From: Leptospiraceae bacterium
GTDB taxonomy: Bacteria > Spirochaetota > Leptospiria > Leptospirales > Leptonemataceae
DNA length: 64,000 bases
Reading direction: 5' to 3'
Assembly (NCBI GenBank): GCA_040217195.1
Contig: JAVJNR010000005.1
Span: forward strand, 416,001 to 480,000
Below are positions 37,653 to 49,560 of the stretch, one piece after another (the first letter of the stretch is position 1; every line of letters starts with the position of its first letter). The notes below the pieces were generated by a model. It ran no database searches, was not told the DNA's origin, and was given only the letters and a program-made list of their open reading frames with translations. Both the position numbers and the translations under genes were made by a program.

Positions 37653-39917
37653 TCAGCGTCTCGGTCCGCGACCGCCGCCGCCTCCGCCACCGGGGCGACC
37701 ACCGGGTCGTCGACCGCCGCCTCCACCGCCAGGGCGTCCACCGCCAGGGCGTCCACCTCCGCGATGGCCACCGCCACCTCCGTTGGAGCCTGCGCCAGAA
37801 GCTGCGAATTCATCCGCCAGTTCTTCTCGAACCAGGTCAACTCTTCCGAATTGATCTACTCCCAGAACACGAACCTTGATGGAATCACCAATATCTACCA
37901 CATCCTTTACGGAATTCACTCGCTCTTTTGAAAGCTTGGAAATATGAAGCAATCCTTCTTTTCCAGGGAATAGCTCAATAAATGCACCGAAATCTACGAT
38001 TCGTTTTACAGTGCCTTCGTAGGACTCCCCAACTTCCACTTCTCTAAAAATATCTTCGATTAGCTTCTGGGCCAGTTCCGCCGCCTGAGTGTTCGTAGCG
38101 GCGATGGTTACTTTTCCATCGTCTTCTACGTTGAGATCGGCACCGGACTTTTCGATAATGCTGCGAATAACCTTTCCGCCTGGACCAATCAGCTCTCCAA
38201 TTCGATCCTGATCGATTTGAATTGTAGTAATCCTTGGAGCATTGGGAGACACATCAGATCTGGCTTCTTGAATGGCACCATCCATCTTTTCCAGAATATG
38301 CATTCTGCCTTTTTCAGCCTGAGCCAGAGCAGCTCTCAGAATCTCAACCGAAAGTCCTTTGACTTTGATATCCAGTTGGAAGGCAGTAATACCTTTTTTG
38401 GTTCCTGCCACCTTGAAGTCCATATCACCGAAATGGTCTTCTATGCCTGCAATATCGCTGAGAATACAATAGTCGTTGTTATCGCCCATGATCAGACCCA
38501 TGGCAATGCCGGAAACGCTTCGTGGAACCGGCACACCGGCTGCCATCATTGCCAGAGATCCGGAACAAACCGATGCCATGGAGGAAGAACCGTTAGATTC
38601 TAAGATCTCCGAAACAACTCGAATTACATAGGGAAATTCGGATTTGTCGGGCACCATTCGCTTTAGTGCTCGTTCTGCCAGGTTTCCATGGCCTACTTCC
38701 CGACGCCCGGGGCCCATCATACGCTTTACTTCGCCGGTAGAATACGGTGGAAAGTTGTAGTGAAGCATGAAGTGCTTCTGCCTTTCGCCGGACAGGGTTT
38801 CGATTTTCTGGTAATCGTCTCCCGTACCCAGAGTCACTACACCCAGAGACTGTGTCTGGCCACGGGTAAACACGGATGATCCATGCACACCCGGCAATAC
38901 ATCCAGCTCAATGGAGATATCTCGAATTTCATCCAGCTTGCGACCATCGGCCCGAATGCCTTTCTCGAAGCAGGATTTTCGCACGACCAGGTATTCCAGC
39001 TCATGCATGTATCCCTTTATATCTCTAAGAACCGTTTCCTGCTCTTTTTCGTCCCGGTCCGCAACCAGTTCAGCCTGCACGTATTCCAGGGCTTCGTTGT
39101 AGACTGCTTTAACAGATTCGGAGCGACCTTCTTTGCCTTTTGCAGAGTTAGCCGCTTCCAGCTTTTCAAAAAATTTCGATTTAACCTTTTCTCGGATTGA
39201 TTCATCCGGTTTACGAAGAGCAACTTCTCGCTTCTCCGGACTAACTTTCTTGATCAGTTCTTCCTGGATTTCGATCTTTTCTTTGATCTTCTGATGTGCG
39301 AAATCCAGAGCTTCGATCATCTCTTCGGAGGAAATCTCTTGAGCTCCCCCTTCAATCATCATTACAGCATCTTTGGAACCAGCTACCAGCAGTTCCAGAT
39401 CCCCTTCCTTGATTTCTTCTTTCGTGGGATCAGCCAGTAGTTTACCATCTTTGCGACCAACCAGTACACCGGCCACAGGCCCGTGAAATGGAATATCTGA
39501 AACACCCAGGGCTGCCGATGCGGCCGCAATTGCATGGCCTTCAATGGAAACAGTGGGATCAGCAGACAGTACCGTAACCAGAAGCTGCACTTCGCAGAAA
39601 TAACCTTCTGGAAACAGCGGGCGGATGGGGCGGTCAATAAGTCGTGAGGTCAGGGTTTCATGTTCCAGCGGACGAGCTTCTCTTTTGAAGTATCCACCGG
39701 GAACCCGGCCTACCGAGTAGATTTTTTCGCGATAATCCACCGTAAGTGGGAAGAACTCCTGTCCTTCTCGCGCTTCCTTTTCAGCGCATACGGTGGCGAG
39801 CATTACCAGATTTCCGTAGCGATAAACTACGGCTCCATGGGCTTGTTTGGCCCAATTACCAGTTTCTATAGACAGACCGGTTCCATTCCAGTCTGCTTCT
39901 GACTTGTGATAGTCCAT
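37653..39917 (-). CDS. pnp: Polyribonucleotide nucleotidyltransferase with a Gly/Arg-rich C-terminal tail
   Basis: [48 protein letters not shown] and S1 domains. Confidence 0.98.
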   Translation of the reverse strand: MDYHKSEADWNGTGLSIETGNWAKQAHGAVVYRYGNLVMLATVCAEKEAREGQEFFPLTVDYREKIYSVGRVPGGYFKREARPLEHETLTSRLIDRPIRPLFPEGYFCEVQLLVTVLSADPTVSIEGHAIAAASAALGVSDIPFHGPVAGVLVGRKDGKLLADPTKEEIKEGDLELLVAGSKDAVMMIEGGAQEISSEEMIEALDFAHQKIKEKIEIQEELIKKVSPEKREVALRKPDESIREKVKSKFFEKLEAANSAKGKEGRSESVKAVYNEALEYVQAELVADRDEKEQETVLRDIKGYMHELEYLVVRKSCFEKGIRADGRKLDEIRDISIELDVLPGVHGSSVFTRGQTQSLGVVTLGTGDDYQKIETLSGERQKHFMLHYNFPPYSTGEVKRMMGPGRREVGHGNLAERALKRMVPDKSEFPYVIRVVSEILESNGSSSMASVCSGSLAMMAAGVPVPRSVSGIAMGLIMGDNNDYCILSDIAGIEDHFGDMDFKVAGTKKGITAFQLDIKVKGLSVEILRAALAQAEKGRMHILEKMDGAIQEARSDVSPNAPRITTIQIDQDRIGELIGPGGKVIRSIIEKSGADLNVEDDGKVTIAATNTQAAELAQKLIEDIFREVEVGESYEGTVKRIVDFGAFIELFPGKEGLLHISKLSKERVNSVKDVVDIGDSIKVRVLGVDQFGRVDLVREELADEFAASGAGSNGGGGGHRGGGRPGGGRPGGGGGGRRPGGRPGGGGGGGRGPRR

Positions 39918-39947
39918 TAATTCCTTCCGAACCGAGAGAGGAAAACT

Positions 39948-40214
39948 TTACTTACGGATTCCGAGTTCGCCAATGATCTTCTTGTAGGACTCTACGTTCT
40001 TTCTCTTGAGATAGTCCAGGAGCTTTCGACGTCGGCCCACCAGCTTCAACAGTCCGCGACGGGAGTGGTGGTCGGTCTTGTGGGTTTTGAAGTGCTCGGT
40101 CAGTTCCCGAATGCGTTCTGTGAGCAGGGCGATCTGAATTTCCGAGGATCCGGTATCCTTATCTCCCTTCCCGTATTGCTTCAGGATTTCTCTTTTGCGT
40201 TCGGCTGTGATCAT
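39948..40214 (-). CDS. rpsO: 30S ribosomal protein S15
   Basis: [13 protein letters not shown]...[25 protein letters not shown]. Confidence 0.98.
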   Translation of the reverse strand: MITAERKREILKQYGKGDKDTGSSEIQIALLTERIRELTEHFKTHKTDHHSRRGLLKLVGRRRKLLDYLKRKNVESYKKIIGELGIRK

Positions 40215-40311
40215 CTCTCTTCTTTTATTACCTTTTTTAACTTAATCTTCCATATTCCGCTGGAGGCCTGTGCAGAAAAGCAAATTTCCCGACCTTAGTA
40301 GAAAAAGGACG

Positions 40312-41277
40312 TCAGGGCTGCTCCACGAAAACCTTTTTCAGGCTGTAAGCGTTACCCTCACGCCGGGCAATGGCCAGCATTCTTCCATCCGGTCGAAGAA
40401 TCAGAAAATTCTCGCCATCTTTCTCTGGTAGAGGTACCGGAATCTTCTTGCCCTGCTCCAACTGAATAGCTCGATTCACATCCAGGCGAGCCTGGTACCA
40501 TTCAGGAAAGGCCTGAGGCAGAGGAATAATCCGGGGCTCCTCCATCGGTTTCCCATCATCGAACTGCGGTTTCCAGGCATCTTCAATTTTAAAAGGCCCC
40601 ACAGATGTGCGACGCAGGTTTTCCAGATGGAACGGAAATCCCAGATCCCGGGAAAAATCCCGAACAATGGAGCGAATATAGGTTCCAGAGCTTACAGAGA
40701 ATCTGCAATGTACTGTGAATCCTTCATCATCTGGCCGGAATTGCAGCAAAGAGGACTCATAGATATGCACTGGCCTGGGCTTCAGTTCCACACTTTGACC
40801 TTTTCGCACTCGATCCGAGACCCTCTGCCCCTGCTGCTTAAGGGCAGAATAGTCCGGCGGAATCTGCTGGCGGGATCCGATACAATGCGCAATCCAGTCT
40901 TGCATCCTGGACTGATTACTTTCTAGAAAGGCCTTACATTGATCGAAATCCGCTTCATCGGTTACAGTGCCGGATGGATCATGGGTATCGGTGAATTTGC
41001 CCGCCCGAAAGATGGCTTCATAGGTCTTATCATATTTGAGCAGGGTATCTGCCAGCACGGTTGCTCGTCCGACTACAAGGACTAGAAGTCCGCTGGCAAA
41101 TCGATCCAGGGTTCCTGTATGCCCGATCCTTCGAATGCCGGTGGCCCGTCGGGCACGACTGACCATCTCAGCTGAACCAGGACCGGCCGGCTTATCTACA
41201 AGCAGCAAGCCATCAATGGGTCCTGACAACAGAGCCGCAGATCTAGAGGCCTTTTTCGATTTTGTCGAGGATGGCAT
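40312..41277 (-). CDS. truB: tRNA pseudouridine(55) synthase TruB (start uncertain)
   Basis: GLLLVDKP, GHTGTLD..ASGLL, KTY, PPDYSALK, SSGTYIRS, LRRT. Confidence 0.94.
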   Translation of the reverse strand: MPSSTKSKKASRSAALLSGPIDGLLLVDKPAGPGSAEMVSRARRATGIRRIGHTGTLDRFASGLLVLVVGRATVLADTLLKYDKTYEAIFRAGKFTDTHDPSGTVTDEADFDQCKAFLESNQSRMQDWIAHCIGSRQQIPPDYSALKQQGQRVSDRVRKGQSVELKPRPVHIYESSLLQFRPDDEGFTVHCRFSVSSGTYIRSIVRDFSRDLGFPFHLENLRRTSVGPFKIEDAWKPQFDDGKPMEEPRIIPLPQAFPEWYQARLDVNRAIQLEQGKKIPVPLPEKDGENFLILRPDGRMLAIARREGNAYSLKKVFVEQP

Positions 41278-41584
41278 CGCCCTCTCGGATACTGGTATCC
41301 AGTTCAAAATGGATACGGGGAGTCTGTCTCAGACGAAGGGAGCGACCCATCGCGCTTTGAAAGAATTTTACGGCCGCTGTAAGACCACGCCAGGTATCCG
41401 GATGCTCTTCTTCGGGGCCGAACAGAGAAATAAATACGGTGGCTTCCGAGAGGTCCGGGGCCAGGCTTACACGGGTAACGGAAACGAATCCAATGCGCTC
41501 ATCCTTGATCCTGCGTTTGATGATTAGTTCGGATAACTCGCGAACAATCGCAGATTCCAGACGCTTTTGACGAACCGGGTTCAT
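41243..41584 (-). CDS. rbfA: Ribosome-binding factor A
   Basis: IKDERIGFVSVTRV.LAPDL, LRLRQTP.IHF..D.S, and position between infB and truB. Confidence 0.96.
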   Translation of the reverse strand: MNPVRQKRLESAIVRELSELIIKRRIKDERIGFVSVTRVSLAPDLSEATVFISLFGPEEEHPDTWRGLTAAVKFFQSAMGRSLRLRQTPRIHFELDTSIREGDAILDKIEKGL

Positions 41585-41613
41585 ATACTTTGAAGTCTGG
41601 GAGATGAATCATC

Positions 41614-44070
41614 TCAGAGAGTTCGTGCCACCTCATTTATCACGTAGCCTTCTACTATATCCCCTTCTTTGAGATCATTGAAGTTCTTCAAGGAAAGACC
41701 ACATTCAAACCCTTCTGCAACTTCAGCCGCATCGTCTTTGTGACGCTTCAGGCTATCCAGTTCTCCATTTTCATAAACAACTACATTGTCTCTCAGGATA
41801 CGAATCTTGTTATTTCGGTGAATTTTACCGGAGATCACCATACAACCGGCCACATTACCGACTCTGGAAATACGGAATACCTTGCGAATCTCAGCCTTTC
41901 CTTTCACTTCTTCTACGTAATCCGGTTCCAGCAGACCTTCCATGGCCTTGGTCATATCTTCGATTACGTTGTAGATAATGCTGTAATACCGAATGTCCAC
42001 GCCTTCCCTCTCGGATAGCTCGGTGGCTTGAGGAGTGGCTCGAACATGGAAACCCACGATCATGGCTGCCGAAGCCGATGCCAGACTGACATCCGATTCC
42101 GAAATGGCGCCTGTGGACCCCATAATGACTCTGACTTTCACATCGTCGTGGGATAGTTTCATCAGGCCATCGCGGATCGCTTCCACTGAGCCCTGAACGT
42201 CTGCCTTGACAATGATCTTGAGTTCTTTGTGGACTTGCATCCATTCGGCCAGAGCATCCATACTGGGCTGTGCTCTTTCCGCGGCCCGGGAGATCTGCTC
42301 ATAGTGCTGACGGGTGGAAGCCATTTCCCGAGCATATTTCTCGGATTCAACCACCTGGAATGGATCTCCGGCCTGGGGCACTCCATCCAGACCAATAATC
42401 TCAACTGGAGTGGCTGGAGGCGCTTCGGTGCGACGACGTCCCAGATCATCAAACATGGCCCGAATCTTACCGGAATAGACACCCACAACGAAGGGATCCC
42501 CTTCCCGAAGAGTACCTTTATCAATTAATAGAGTTGCAACAGGTCCTTTACCGGCATCCACCCTGGCTTCAATTACGTGACCCACAGAGCGAACCTCTGG
42601 ATTGGCCTTGAGATTAAGAATCTCAGCCTGGAGTAAAACCATCTCAAGCAGGTGCTCAATACCGATGTTATTCTTTGCAGAGATTCCGCAAACTACAATG
42701 TCTCCACCCCAGGATTCAGGCTGCAGGCCATTGGTAGCCAGTTCCTGCAGAACTTTGTCCATATCCGCAGATGGTAGATCGATCTTGTTTACAGCAACGA
42801 TGATCGGAACGCCCGCCTCTTTAGCATGGGTAATAGCTTCTTTGGTCTGTTCTTTTACTCCATCATCCGCAGCCACTACCAGAATTACAATATCTGTTAC
42901 CGCTGCTCCACGGGAACGCATGGCAGTAAATGCTTCGTGACCGGGAGTATCCAGGAAGGTAATCTTTCCATTGGGTGTTTCTACCTGATAAGCACCAATG
43001 TGCTGAGTAATGGCCCCTGCTTCGGTATCGATTACATTCGATTTTCGGATGGTATCCAGCAGTTTTGTTTTACCATGGTCAACGTGACCCATAATCGTAA
43101 CCACTGGTGGTCGATTCTGACGATCTTCGAGTTTATCTTCTTCTTCAGCAATAACCGTTTCATCGAACAGGCTAACTACATTGACTTTACAGCCAAATTC
43201 CTGAGCTACCAGAGCGGCTGTTTCGGAGTCGATGATTTTGTTGATGGTTACCATCTCACCCATTTTCATCAAACGACCGATTACATCGCCAGGCTTTAAA
43301 TTGAGTTTCTTGGCCAACTCACCAACCTGCACGCTTTCCATAATATCAATGGATGTAGGAACTGTAGTTCCACTGGGCTGTGGCTTGCGTTTTACGGCAC
43401 GCTGAAATCGATTAATGTTTTCATTATCGTGACCGCCACGACGTCCGCCGCCGCGACGTCCACCGCCGCCGGTCTCAGGGCCTCGATCTGGCTCACCTGG
43501 TTTTCCTCCGGCTCGAGGACCCGGTCCTTTACCACCGCCGCGACCCTGGGCCTGATTGGCGCTGGCTGCTTTTCTTGTACTTTCTAGTAATGCATCAAAT
43601 GGGGTTCCAGCACCTGCGAAACTGACGCGGCTGACTCCGCCGCCCTGTCCCGGTCTGGATCCACCTTGCTGGGGTCGACGATCCCCCTGTGGTCTTCCCT
43701 GTCCAGGGCCCTGACCCTGACCCTGTCTTGGTCCGCCGGGGCCGCCCTGGCCGCCTCTTCGGGGATCACCGCCGCTACGGTTTTGCTGTTGAGGTCCACG
43801 CTGCTCTCCACGAGGTGGGCCGCTGGCTGGCCTCTGTTGCGGCCCGGAACTGGCAGGAGTACTCCCTGCAGCAGGCGGAGGGGCTTTTTGAGCGGGCGCA
43901 CTTGTTTTATGAGGTCCTGGTTTGGGTTTCTTGGAAGCATCGAAGTGTTCGGATATATCCTTCTTCTGGTCCACCTTCTTCTTGATGACCAGCTTCTTCT
44001 TACCCTTCGACGCGCCTGAGCCCGATAGCTGCTTCTTAATGCTGCCCTGATTTTCGTTGTTTTCCGCCAT
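41614..44070 (-). CDS. infB: Translation initiation factor IF-2
   Basis: [42 protein letters not shown] at 44070 preferred. Confidence 0.98.
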   Translation of the reverse strand: MAENNENQGSIKKQLSGSGASKGKKKLVIKKKVDQKKDISEHFDASKKPKPGPHKTSAPAQKAPPPAAGSTPASSGPQQRPASGPPRGEQRGPQQQNRSGGDPRRGGQGGPGGPRQGQGQGPGQGRPQGDRRPQQGGSRPGQGGGVSRVSFAGAGTPFDALLESTRKAASANQAQGRGGGKGPGPRAGGKPGEPDRGPETGGGGRRGGGRRGGHDNENINRFQRAVKRKPQPSGTTVPTSIDIMESVQVGELAKKLNLKPGDVIGRLMKMGEMVTINKIIDSETAALVAQEFGCKVNVVSLFDETVIAEEEDKLEDRQNRPPVVTIMGHVDHGKTKLLDTIRKSNVIDTEAGAITQHIGAYQVETPNGKITFLDTPGHEAFTAMRSRGAAVTDIVILVVAADDGVKEQTKEAITHAKEAGVPIIVAVNKIDLPSADMDKVLQELATNGLQPESWGGDIVVCGISAKNNIGIEHLLEMVLLQAEILNLKANPEVRSVGHVIEARVDAGKGPVATLLIDKGTLREGDPFVVGVYSGKIRAMFDDLGRRRTEAPPATPVEIIGLDGVPQAGDPFQVVESEKYAREMASTRQHYEQISRAAERAQPSMDALAEWMQVHKELKIIVKADVQGSVEAIRDGLMKLSHDDVKVRVIMGSTGAISESDVSLASASAAMIVGFHVRATPQATELSEREGVDIRYYSIIYNVIEDMTKAMEGLLEPDYVEEVKGKAEIRKVFRISRVGNVAGCMVISGKIHRNNKIRILRDNVVVYENGELDSLKRHKDDAAEVAEGFECGLSLKNFNDLKEGDIVEGYVINEVARTL

Positions 44071-44118
44071 AAATTTTCCTGCCAGCGTGGCCGGTGCACT
44101 CAAATCCGGTATACCCGG

Positions 44119-45486
44119 TTAGACTTCCTCGAAGGAGACCACATCCTCCAGAATCTTTAGAATTTGAGCCGCTGTTGTCTTTCCTATACCTTCCAGAGCT
44201 TCCAGCTCTTCCGGCTCCAATTCTACCAGATCCTCGACGCTCTTAACTCCGCTTTGCTCCAGAAGGGAAATCACCCGACTGGACATACCGGGTAGCTCTG
44301 TAAGAGGAGTGTAATCCCCTTCTTCGCCTCCACCCTCTTCTGTCTTGGGACTGAACAACTGCTCCAGCTGCGCGCGGGCCTCAGGAGAGGACATTTCTTC
44401 CCCGAATTGCGTCAAAGATTTTACTATCAGTCTAAAGCCGGTTAATCGGGCTGCTAGCTTAACATTTTTATTATCCGGACCCTGAGCCAATCGCAATTGG
44501 TCATCCGGGACCAGTACCAGAGCTTCTTTTGTTCCAGAGTCAGCCCTTACCTCCGCAACTCGTGCCGGAGAAATTGCATTTGCAATCAATTCTGCTGCTT
44601 CCGGAGAATAATTCACAATGTCTATTCTTTCATTTCCCAGCTCTCGAACGATAGACTGGATTCGAACACCTTTGATTCCCACGCAGGCACCCACTGGATC
44701 CACATCGGAACGATTGGAGCGAACCAGCAACTTGCTACGAAAACCAGCATCCCGCACGATATCCATGATTTCGACTACGCCGTCATAGATCTCGGGGATC
44801 TCCTGTTCAAAAAGTCGCCTAACAAATTCAGGGGCCGCTCGAGATAGCAGGATATAAGGACCGGGATCTCTGGACTTCTCTCTGCGCAGCTCTACGGATT
44901 TAACCACTGCTTTGATTCGATCACCGGGATGGAATCTTTCTCTAGGGATCTGTTCCCTTCTGGGCAGTACACCTTCTGCACGGCCAAGATCCACATAAAC
45001 CACTTCTCGATCTCTCCAGCGCAGGAATTGGCCAGTGATTAGCTCCCCTTCCTTATGGCTGAATTCATTATATACAATTTCTCTTTCCTGTTCTTTCAGT
45101 CGCTGAAAGAATATGTGCCTTACGTTGGTGGCACCGATTCGAGAGAAAGCAAATGGCTCCTCTTCAATAATCAGTTCTTCACCAATAGCGGCATCTGCTT
45201 TATGCTCTCTGGCATCTTCTACTGAGATTTCCAGAGACGGATCTTCTACCGTCTCTACGATCTGCTTATGGACGCTAACTCCAATGGCCGGAGCCTCTGA
45301 ATCAAGGGTAACCTCGATGCGCGCATCCGGGCCGTACTTACGCTGATAAGAAGTAATCAAACTTCCGCGAAAGATCTCCATGATCTCATCTTTTCCCAGA
45401 CCTTTCTCCGCGGCCAGGGCATCCATGGAGTCGAAGAAGGCTCTTATATCTGGCCCGGTCTCTTGCTTTTTCTTTGATTTTGCCAT
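44119..45486 (-). CDS. nusA: Transcription termination factor NusA
   Basis: S1/KH domains, LFEQEIPEIYDG, DPVGACVG.KG.RIQ, C-terminal HhH. Confidence 0.97.
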   Translation of the reverse strand: MAKSKKKQETGPDIRAFFDSMDALAAEKGLGKDEIMEIFRGSLITSYQRKYGPDARIEVTLDSEAPAIGVSVHKQIVETVEDPSLEISVEDAREHKADAAIGEELIIEEEPFAFSRIGATNVRHIFFQRLKEQEREIVYNEFSHKEGELITGQFLRWRDREVVYVDLGRAEGVLPRREQIPRERFHPGDRIKAVVKSVELRREKSRDPGPYILLSRAAPEFVRRLFEQEIPEIYDGVVEIMDIVRDAGFRSKLLVRSNRSDVDPVGACVGIKGVRIQSIVRELGNERIDIVNYSPEAAELIANAISPARVAEVRADSGTKEALVLVPDDQLRLAQGPDNKNVKLAARLTGFRLIVKSLTQFGEEMSSPEARAQLEQLFSPKTEEGGGEEGDYTPLTELPGMSSRVISLLEQSGVKSVEDLVELEPEELEALEGIGKTTAAQILKILEDVVSFEEV

Positions 45487-45488
45487 CG

Positions 45489-46037
45489 CTACATATCCAG
45501 ATAGAGATTCGCTTTTCGAATCTGCTGTAGGCTCAGAGCATACTCTTTGATCTTGCTCTTTCCGCTCTTCTTTCTGGACCCTCCTGTTTTATAGGATCGA
45601 AACAATAATAACTCCTGGCCTTCCCGCTCTTCTTTGCCAGTGTATTCCACAGTTTCTGTGTATACGGTTCCCTCCTCTTCAAACTGAAGCTTCATGGGAC
45701 TGGCCCTGAAACGCTCCAGATCACCGGGTAGCCTTAGCTGGCGTTCCGCCCCGGCCGAAGAAACCTCCAGGGAATAATTTTCGGCATTCAAATCGGCGGG
45801 TAGTGACCTACGGTCCGATTCCAGCGCTGCATCCAGTCTCTCAACGAGAGCGCGACTGAAGGTCTCGCACTGCTCCAGATCCACTGAACCGGTGGGGTGG
45901 TTCAGATCGTCCAGTTGGACCTCGATGTGGTAGCCACCCCCTGCATTACGGAGACGAATCGAGTAAATCTCGGTCCCCGGCAGAAGCGCCTCCGCCGCAA
46001 TTTCATCCAGAACTTCCATTTTGCGGCCATCCGGCAA
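45489..46037 (-). CDS. rimP: Ribosome maturation factor RimP (start TTG 46037 or ATG 46019)
   Basis: LEQCETFSR, YSLEVSSAGAERQL, first gene of the nusA-infB operon. Confidence 0.9.
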   Translation of the reverse strand: MPDGRKMEVLDEIAAEALLPGTEIYSIRLRNAGGGYHIEVQLDDLNHPTGSVDLEQCETFSRALVERLDAALESDRRSLPADLNAENYSLEVSSAGAERQLRLPGDLERFRASPMKLQFEEEGTVYTETVEYTGKEEREGQELLLFRSYKTGGSRKKSGKSKIKEYALSLQQIRKANLYLDM

Positions 46038-46061
46038 AAAAAAAGCGGGTGCAACCCACTT
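46036..46061 (-). promoter_or_regulatory. rimP-leader terminator-like hairpin
   Basis: Minus strand AAGTGGGTTGCACCCGCTTTTTTTTT just upstream of rimP, with TTGACA at 46097-46092. Confidence 0.75.
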
Positions 46062-46170
46062 CTACAACAAGGAATCGTTTTGTCGCTTTACTGTCAATCT
46101 AATTCAATCCAGATGGTTCCCGGTGAACCATCGCAAGACTTTTTTGACCTCCGGAACTCGTAAGCTTACC

Positions 46171-47322
46171 ATGAAATTCCATTCTATTCCAGCACTGCTC
46201 CCAGCGGCCATTCTGATTATACTTACCATGAGCCAGTGTGCACGCTTTAGGATCGATGAGCTGTCCCCTTCGGCGCTTTATTCCATCCCGCTGGAAATGA
46301 ATGTAACCGAACAGCATTTTCCAGATGGTCTGCCCATTCTGCGCACCGAACGTATCTATGGAAATTTCCCGTACATGCCAGCCATCAATGATGACGGAAT
46401 ATTCCTTAGTGACGTTTCTTACCGGGTAATCCGATTCTTCCCGGGAAGTCAGGCACAGCCATCCTGGATTTTGAATGCACGGGGAAAACCTCTGGATCTG
46501 GAAATTGAGTCCACAGACATTCCAGCCGGAATACCCGGTGCCGTGGCCAGCAATGACGATGCGCTCTATATCGAAATCCATGACATCCAGGAAGAAGAGA
46601 AAAGAAACTACTCCCCCATCGATTCCAATCCAGACTTCCCTGCAGAAAACCGACTCCCGGCCATACTTCGTCCAGAATTCTCCACCGCCGCCCCGGCTCG
46701 GATTGTGCGAGTGGATCTGGACGACCGGACTGTAATTACTCTAAAAGGAGAGGAAGCAGGGAATGCCAGGTTCGATAGAGTGGATCGCATGGTCATGGGT
46801 GAAGACGATACACTGTTCGTTTTTCACAGAGTTGCCGGTAGTCCAGCCATAACCATCTATCGGGAAGGAGTGCTCATCCGTACGGAATTGCCCAGAGGTG
46901 TAGAGGCAACAGAGGAGCTAAAGAATCATAGACTGGAAGTAGAGAGCATGTTGCCCTATCCGGGCGGGGATCGATTTTTGATCAGTGCTGTGTTTCGCAA
47001 TCCATCAACCTTTGCACCGGAGATTCGCAAGATCTATCATCAACCCCGAGGCGGCCAGGCCACCGAGATCTATTCCACGGATGAAACCAGGGATGCTCTG
47101 AGCTGGGCTGCACCGGATGGTGGCTTTATTCTGGAAACTCTGGATGATAGCGGAGGAATACTGTTCAAAATCTTCAGCTCCAACGGTGAATACCTGAATA
47201 ACCAGTTACTTCGCTTTCCGGGGGTTCGAGAATCCTGGAGAGAGACTTACCGAAATCTTAATAACCGTATCTTTAGCGTTCGTATAAATGAGGGTAACTA
47301 CCAACTCAATGAATGGCAGTGA
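46171..47322 (+). CDS. Hypothetical lipoprotein-like beta-rich protein, divergent from rimP
   Basis: ATG 46171, hydrophobic stretch followed by MSQC, long ORF. Confidence 0.8.
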   Translation: MKFHSIPALLPAAILIILTMSQCARFRIDELSPSALYSIPLEMNVTEQHFPDGLPILRTERIYGNFPYMPAINDDGIFLSDVSYRVIRFFPGSQAQPSWILNARGKPLDLEIESTDIPAGIPGAVASNDDALYIEIHDIQEEEKRNYSPIDSNPDFPAENRLPAILRPEFSTAAPARIVRVDLDDRTVITLKGEEAGNARFDRVDRMVMGEDDTLFVFHRVAGSPAITIYREGVLIRTELPRGVEATEELKNHRLEVESMLPYPGGDRFLISAVFRNPSTFAPEIRKIYHQPRGGQATEIYSTDETRDALSWAAPDGGFILETLDDSGGILFKIFSSNGEYLNNQLLRFPGVRESWRETYRNLNNRIFSVRINEGNYQLNEWQ

Positions 47323-48862
47323 GCCGCTTTTTACCTACCAGCAATCCAGACAGCTGGACGAAATTACAATGGCTCTGGGCTGGACCTCCACCCAGCTTAT
47401 GGGCCAGGCAGCGCTAAGCAGTTTCTATCGGCTCATAGAGCATGAAGAATTTGAGCAATTGATTATCCTGTGCGGTCCCGGAAATAATGGAGGCGATGGA
47501 TTTGCCCTGGCATGGCACATTCTATCCAGTGCAGGCCAGAAACACTGGGGTAGGACTTCCAATATCCGGGTAGTGCGCACAAACAAAGCCCGTTCCGAAG
47601 CATCCGGGTTTTACGAATCCCTGGTGGAAAAACAATTAAGGGTACAGCAAGCCAGTGAATTCTTGCTCTCTCATTCAGAATCACAGTCCCTTCAAAACAA
47701 CTCATCTGTATTAATTGTGGAAGCCCTTCTTGGAAGCGGACAGAACCGACCGCTGGAAGGTATATTTGCAGAACTTGGTCAATGGATCCAGAGGCAAAAT
47801 AGCAAAGGCGCTTATGTACTTAGCCTGGATGTTCCGGCCGGGTTGCTTGAAGACCGGCCCTTTGCAGATACATCACTTTTCTATCCATCGGAGATTCATA
47901 CCTACGGCCCCCTTCGTCTGGCCTGCATGTTCGATGATACATTGCTCAGTAGATCTATATACTCCAATCCCATAGGCTTCTCTACCGATGTAAATTCTAC
48001 TTTCTCACTTGTGCGACGAAATGCAAACCATCTGGATCTATTTCGTCGGCAAGACAGCTCTCATAAATACAGCAATGGCTCAGGATGGCTTCTGGGAGGC
48101 TCATCCGGTATGGAAGGGGCTCTGCTACTTTCGGCTCGATGCTTTTTCGCAAGCGGCGGTGGAATACTACAGTCTATGAGTTCATCGCCTGAACCGCTGG
48201 TAAAATTCGAACCTTCGCTTATGCAGAAGAACTCCCTGCAGCTGGAAAAAGTGAACGCAGTGACTGTGGGGCCTGGTTGTTCCCGGGACGATGCACGCTC
48301 CTATCTTGGCGAAATAGAAAAACAATTCCAGCAATCGGAAACCCGTCCATTTCTCATTCTGGATGCGGCGGCCGCCGTGATAAGCCCGGAATTCCCGGTG
48401 CATGGAAGAAGCACAATACTCACACCCCATCCAGGGGAATGGAAGTCTCTGGGTGGTTCAATAATTCAGGATGTAGCTTCCCTGAAACAGGCCATGGATT
48501 TTGCAAAATCTAAAATTGGCAGCTATGTACTTTATAAAGGCAGCACCAGTATTCTGCTGGACCCATTCGAAGATCGAGCCTACCTTTTTCCATGGCCCAA
48601 TGCTTCGCTGGCAGTGGCCGGTACAGGAGACTGCCTGGCCGGAATACTGATGAGCGCTTTGAGTAAGTCCAATGAAATGATCGAAGCGGTGATATCATCC
48701 CTGGAATTGCTACATGCCTGCACCGAAAACAGGGTGCATCCCAGAAGCTCTCGCTTTCCTGCCCTCATTGAGGGCACTTTGAGACGCAGGCTCCTGGATC
48801 TGCAAGGACAGAAACCCGGTCGGGATGCTACCGGGCCGTTCCCGGGGAGTGGAGTTCATTGA
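47309..48862 (+). CDS. nnr: Bifunctional NAD(P)H-hydrate epimerase/dehydratase (NnrE-NnrD, YjeF)
   Basis: LCGPGNNGGDG, SLDVPAG, HK, VGPG, LDA, TPHPGE, YKG, AGTGDCLAG. Confidence 0.9.
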   Translation: MNGSEPLFTYQQSRQLDEITMALGWTSTQLMGQAALSSFYRLIEHEEFEQLIILCGPGNNGGDGFALAWHILSSAGQKHWGRTSNIRVVRTNKARSEASGFYESLVEKQLRVQQASEFLLSHSESQSLQNNSSVLIVEALLGSGQNRPLEGIFAELGQWIQRQNSKGAYVLSLDVPAGLLEDRPFADTSLFYPSEIHTYGPLRLACMFDDTLLSRSIYSNPIGFSTDVNSTFSLVRRNANHLDLFRRQDSSHKYSNGSGWLLGGSSGMEGALLLSARCFFASGGGILQSMSSSPEPLVKFEPSLMQKNSLQLEKVNAVTVGPGCSRDDARSYLGEIEKQFQQSETRPFLILDAAAAVISPEFPVHGRSTILTPHPGEWKSLGGSIIQDVASLKQAMDFAKSKIGSYVLYKGSTSILLDPFEDRAYLFPWPNASLAVAGTGDCLAGILMSALSKSNEMIEAVISSLELLHACTENRVHPRSSRFPALIEGTLRRRLLDLQGQKPGRDATGPFPGSGVH

Positions 48863-49413
48863 AATTTCATTATAAAAACCCTCAGGAAGTTAGAGAAGAG
48901 TATCCCGGCACTCCAACGAAAACTCCCAATCCATTTCGCAATCGCACATTCTGGATGATTCTGGCGGACTGCGCTCTTCTGCTTTTGATATTTGGGATCA
49001 TGTATAAAACCGGCAGTCTGGATTCCTTTTTCCCATCGCCCACGGATCTGACGATTCGAGCCGATGTCATTCAATCAGAAGAAAGAGAAAGTCCGGCTAT
49101 CAAAGTGTTACTACGAAACGATGCAGATCGCACTTTGAATCCGGGGGAGGAGAACAGCTCCTTTCAGTTGCGCTCCGCCGCGTTACGCCCGGGGCCCATT
49201 CACAGCACCGATTACTCCATGACCGATCAGATTGAACTCGAAATACCAGGTAGCCTTCCAGCGATCTGGGAAGTGGGACGGATTGCTGAATTCCAGTTTT
49301 ATGCACCCGAGGGAAAAGAGTTACTATGGAAGAAAGTGCTCAAGTCTGAGGAGGGTGGCATTCTCATGCTTCGATTTAGAAATATCAATCGGGAAGTGGA
49401 GATCGTGCGCTAG
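48859..49413 (+). CDS. Hypothetical single-TM protein
   Basis: TTG start overlapping the nnr stop (TTGA), one TM, 184 aa. Confidence 0.7.
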   Translation: MKFHYKNPQEVREEYPGTPTKTPNPFRNRTFWMILADCALLLLIFGIMYKTGSLDSFFPSPTDLTIRADVIQSEERESPAIKVLLRNDADRTLNPGEENSSFQLRSAALRPGPIHSTDYSMTDQIELEIPGSLPAIWEVGRIAEFQFYAPEGKELLWKKVLKSEEGGILMLRFRNINREVEIVR

Positions 49414-49560
49414 ATCTCCACTCTCAAGGGACCACTGTCTGACCCCATTGCCTGTCCATATTCCCCGACCCAATGTAGCCTTCTCGAAATCAGGAATCTT
49501 GCCCCGGATTCGTTGACAGAGGCCTCCGGAACTTTGCGGGAAAACCGACGTCCAATTTAG

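Noticed and set aside
40214..40312. Absence of ribF between truB and rpsO as an anomaly
   Set aside because: The gap is too short to hold a remnant, and to my recollection truB-rpsO adjacency is normal in Leptospiraceae.
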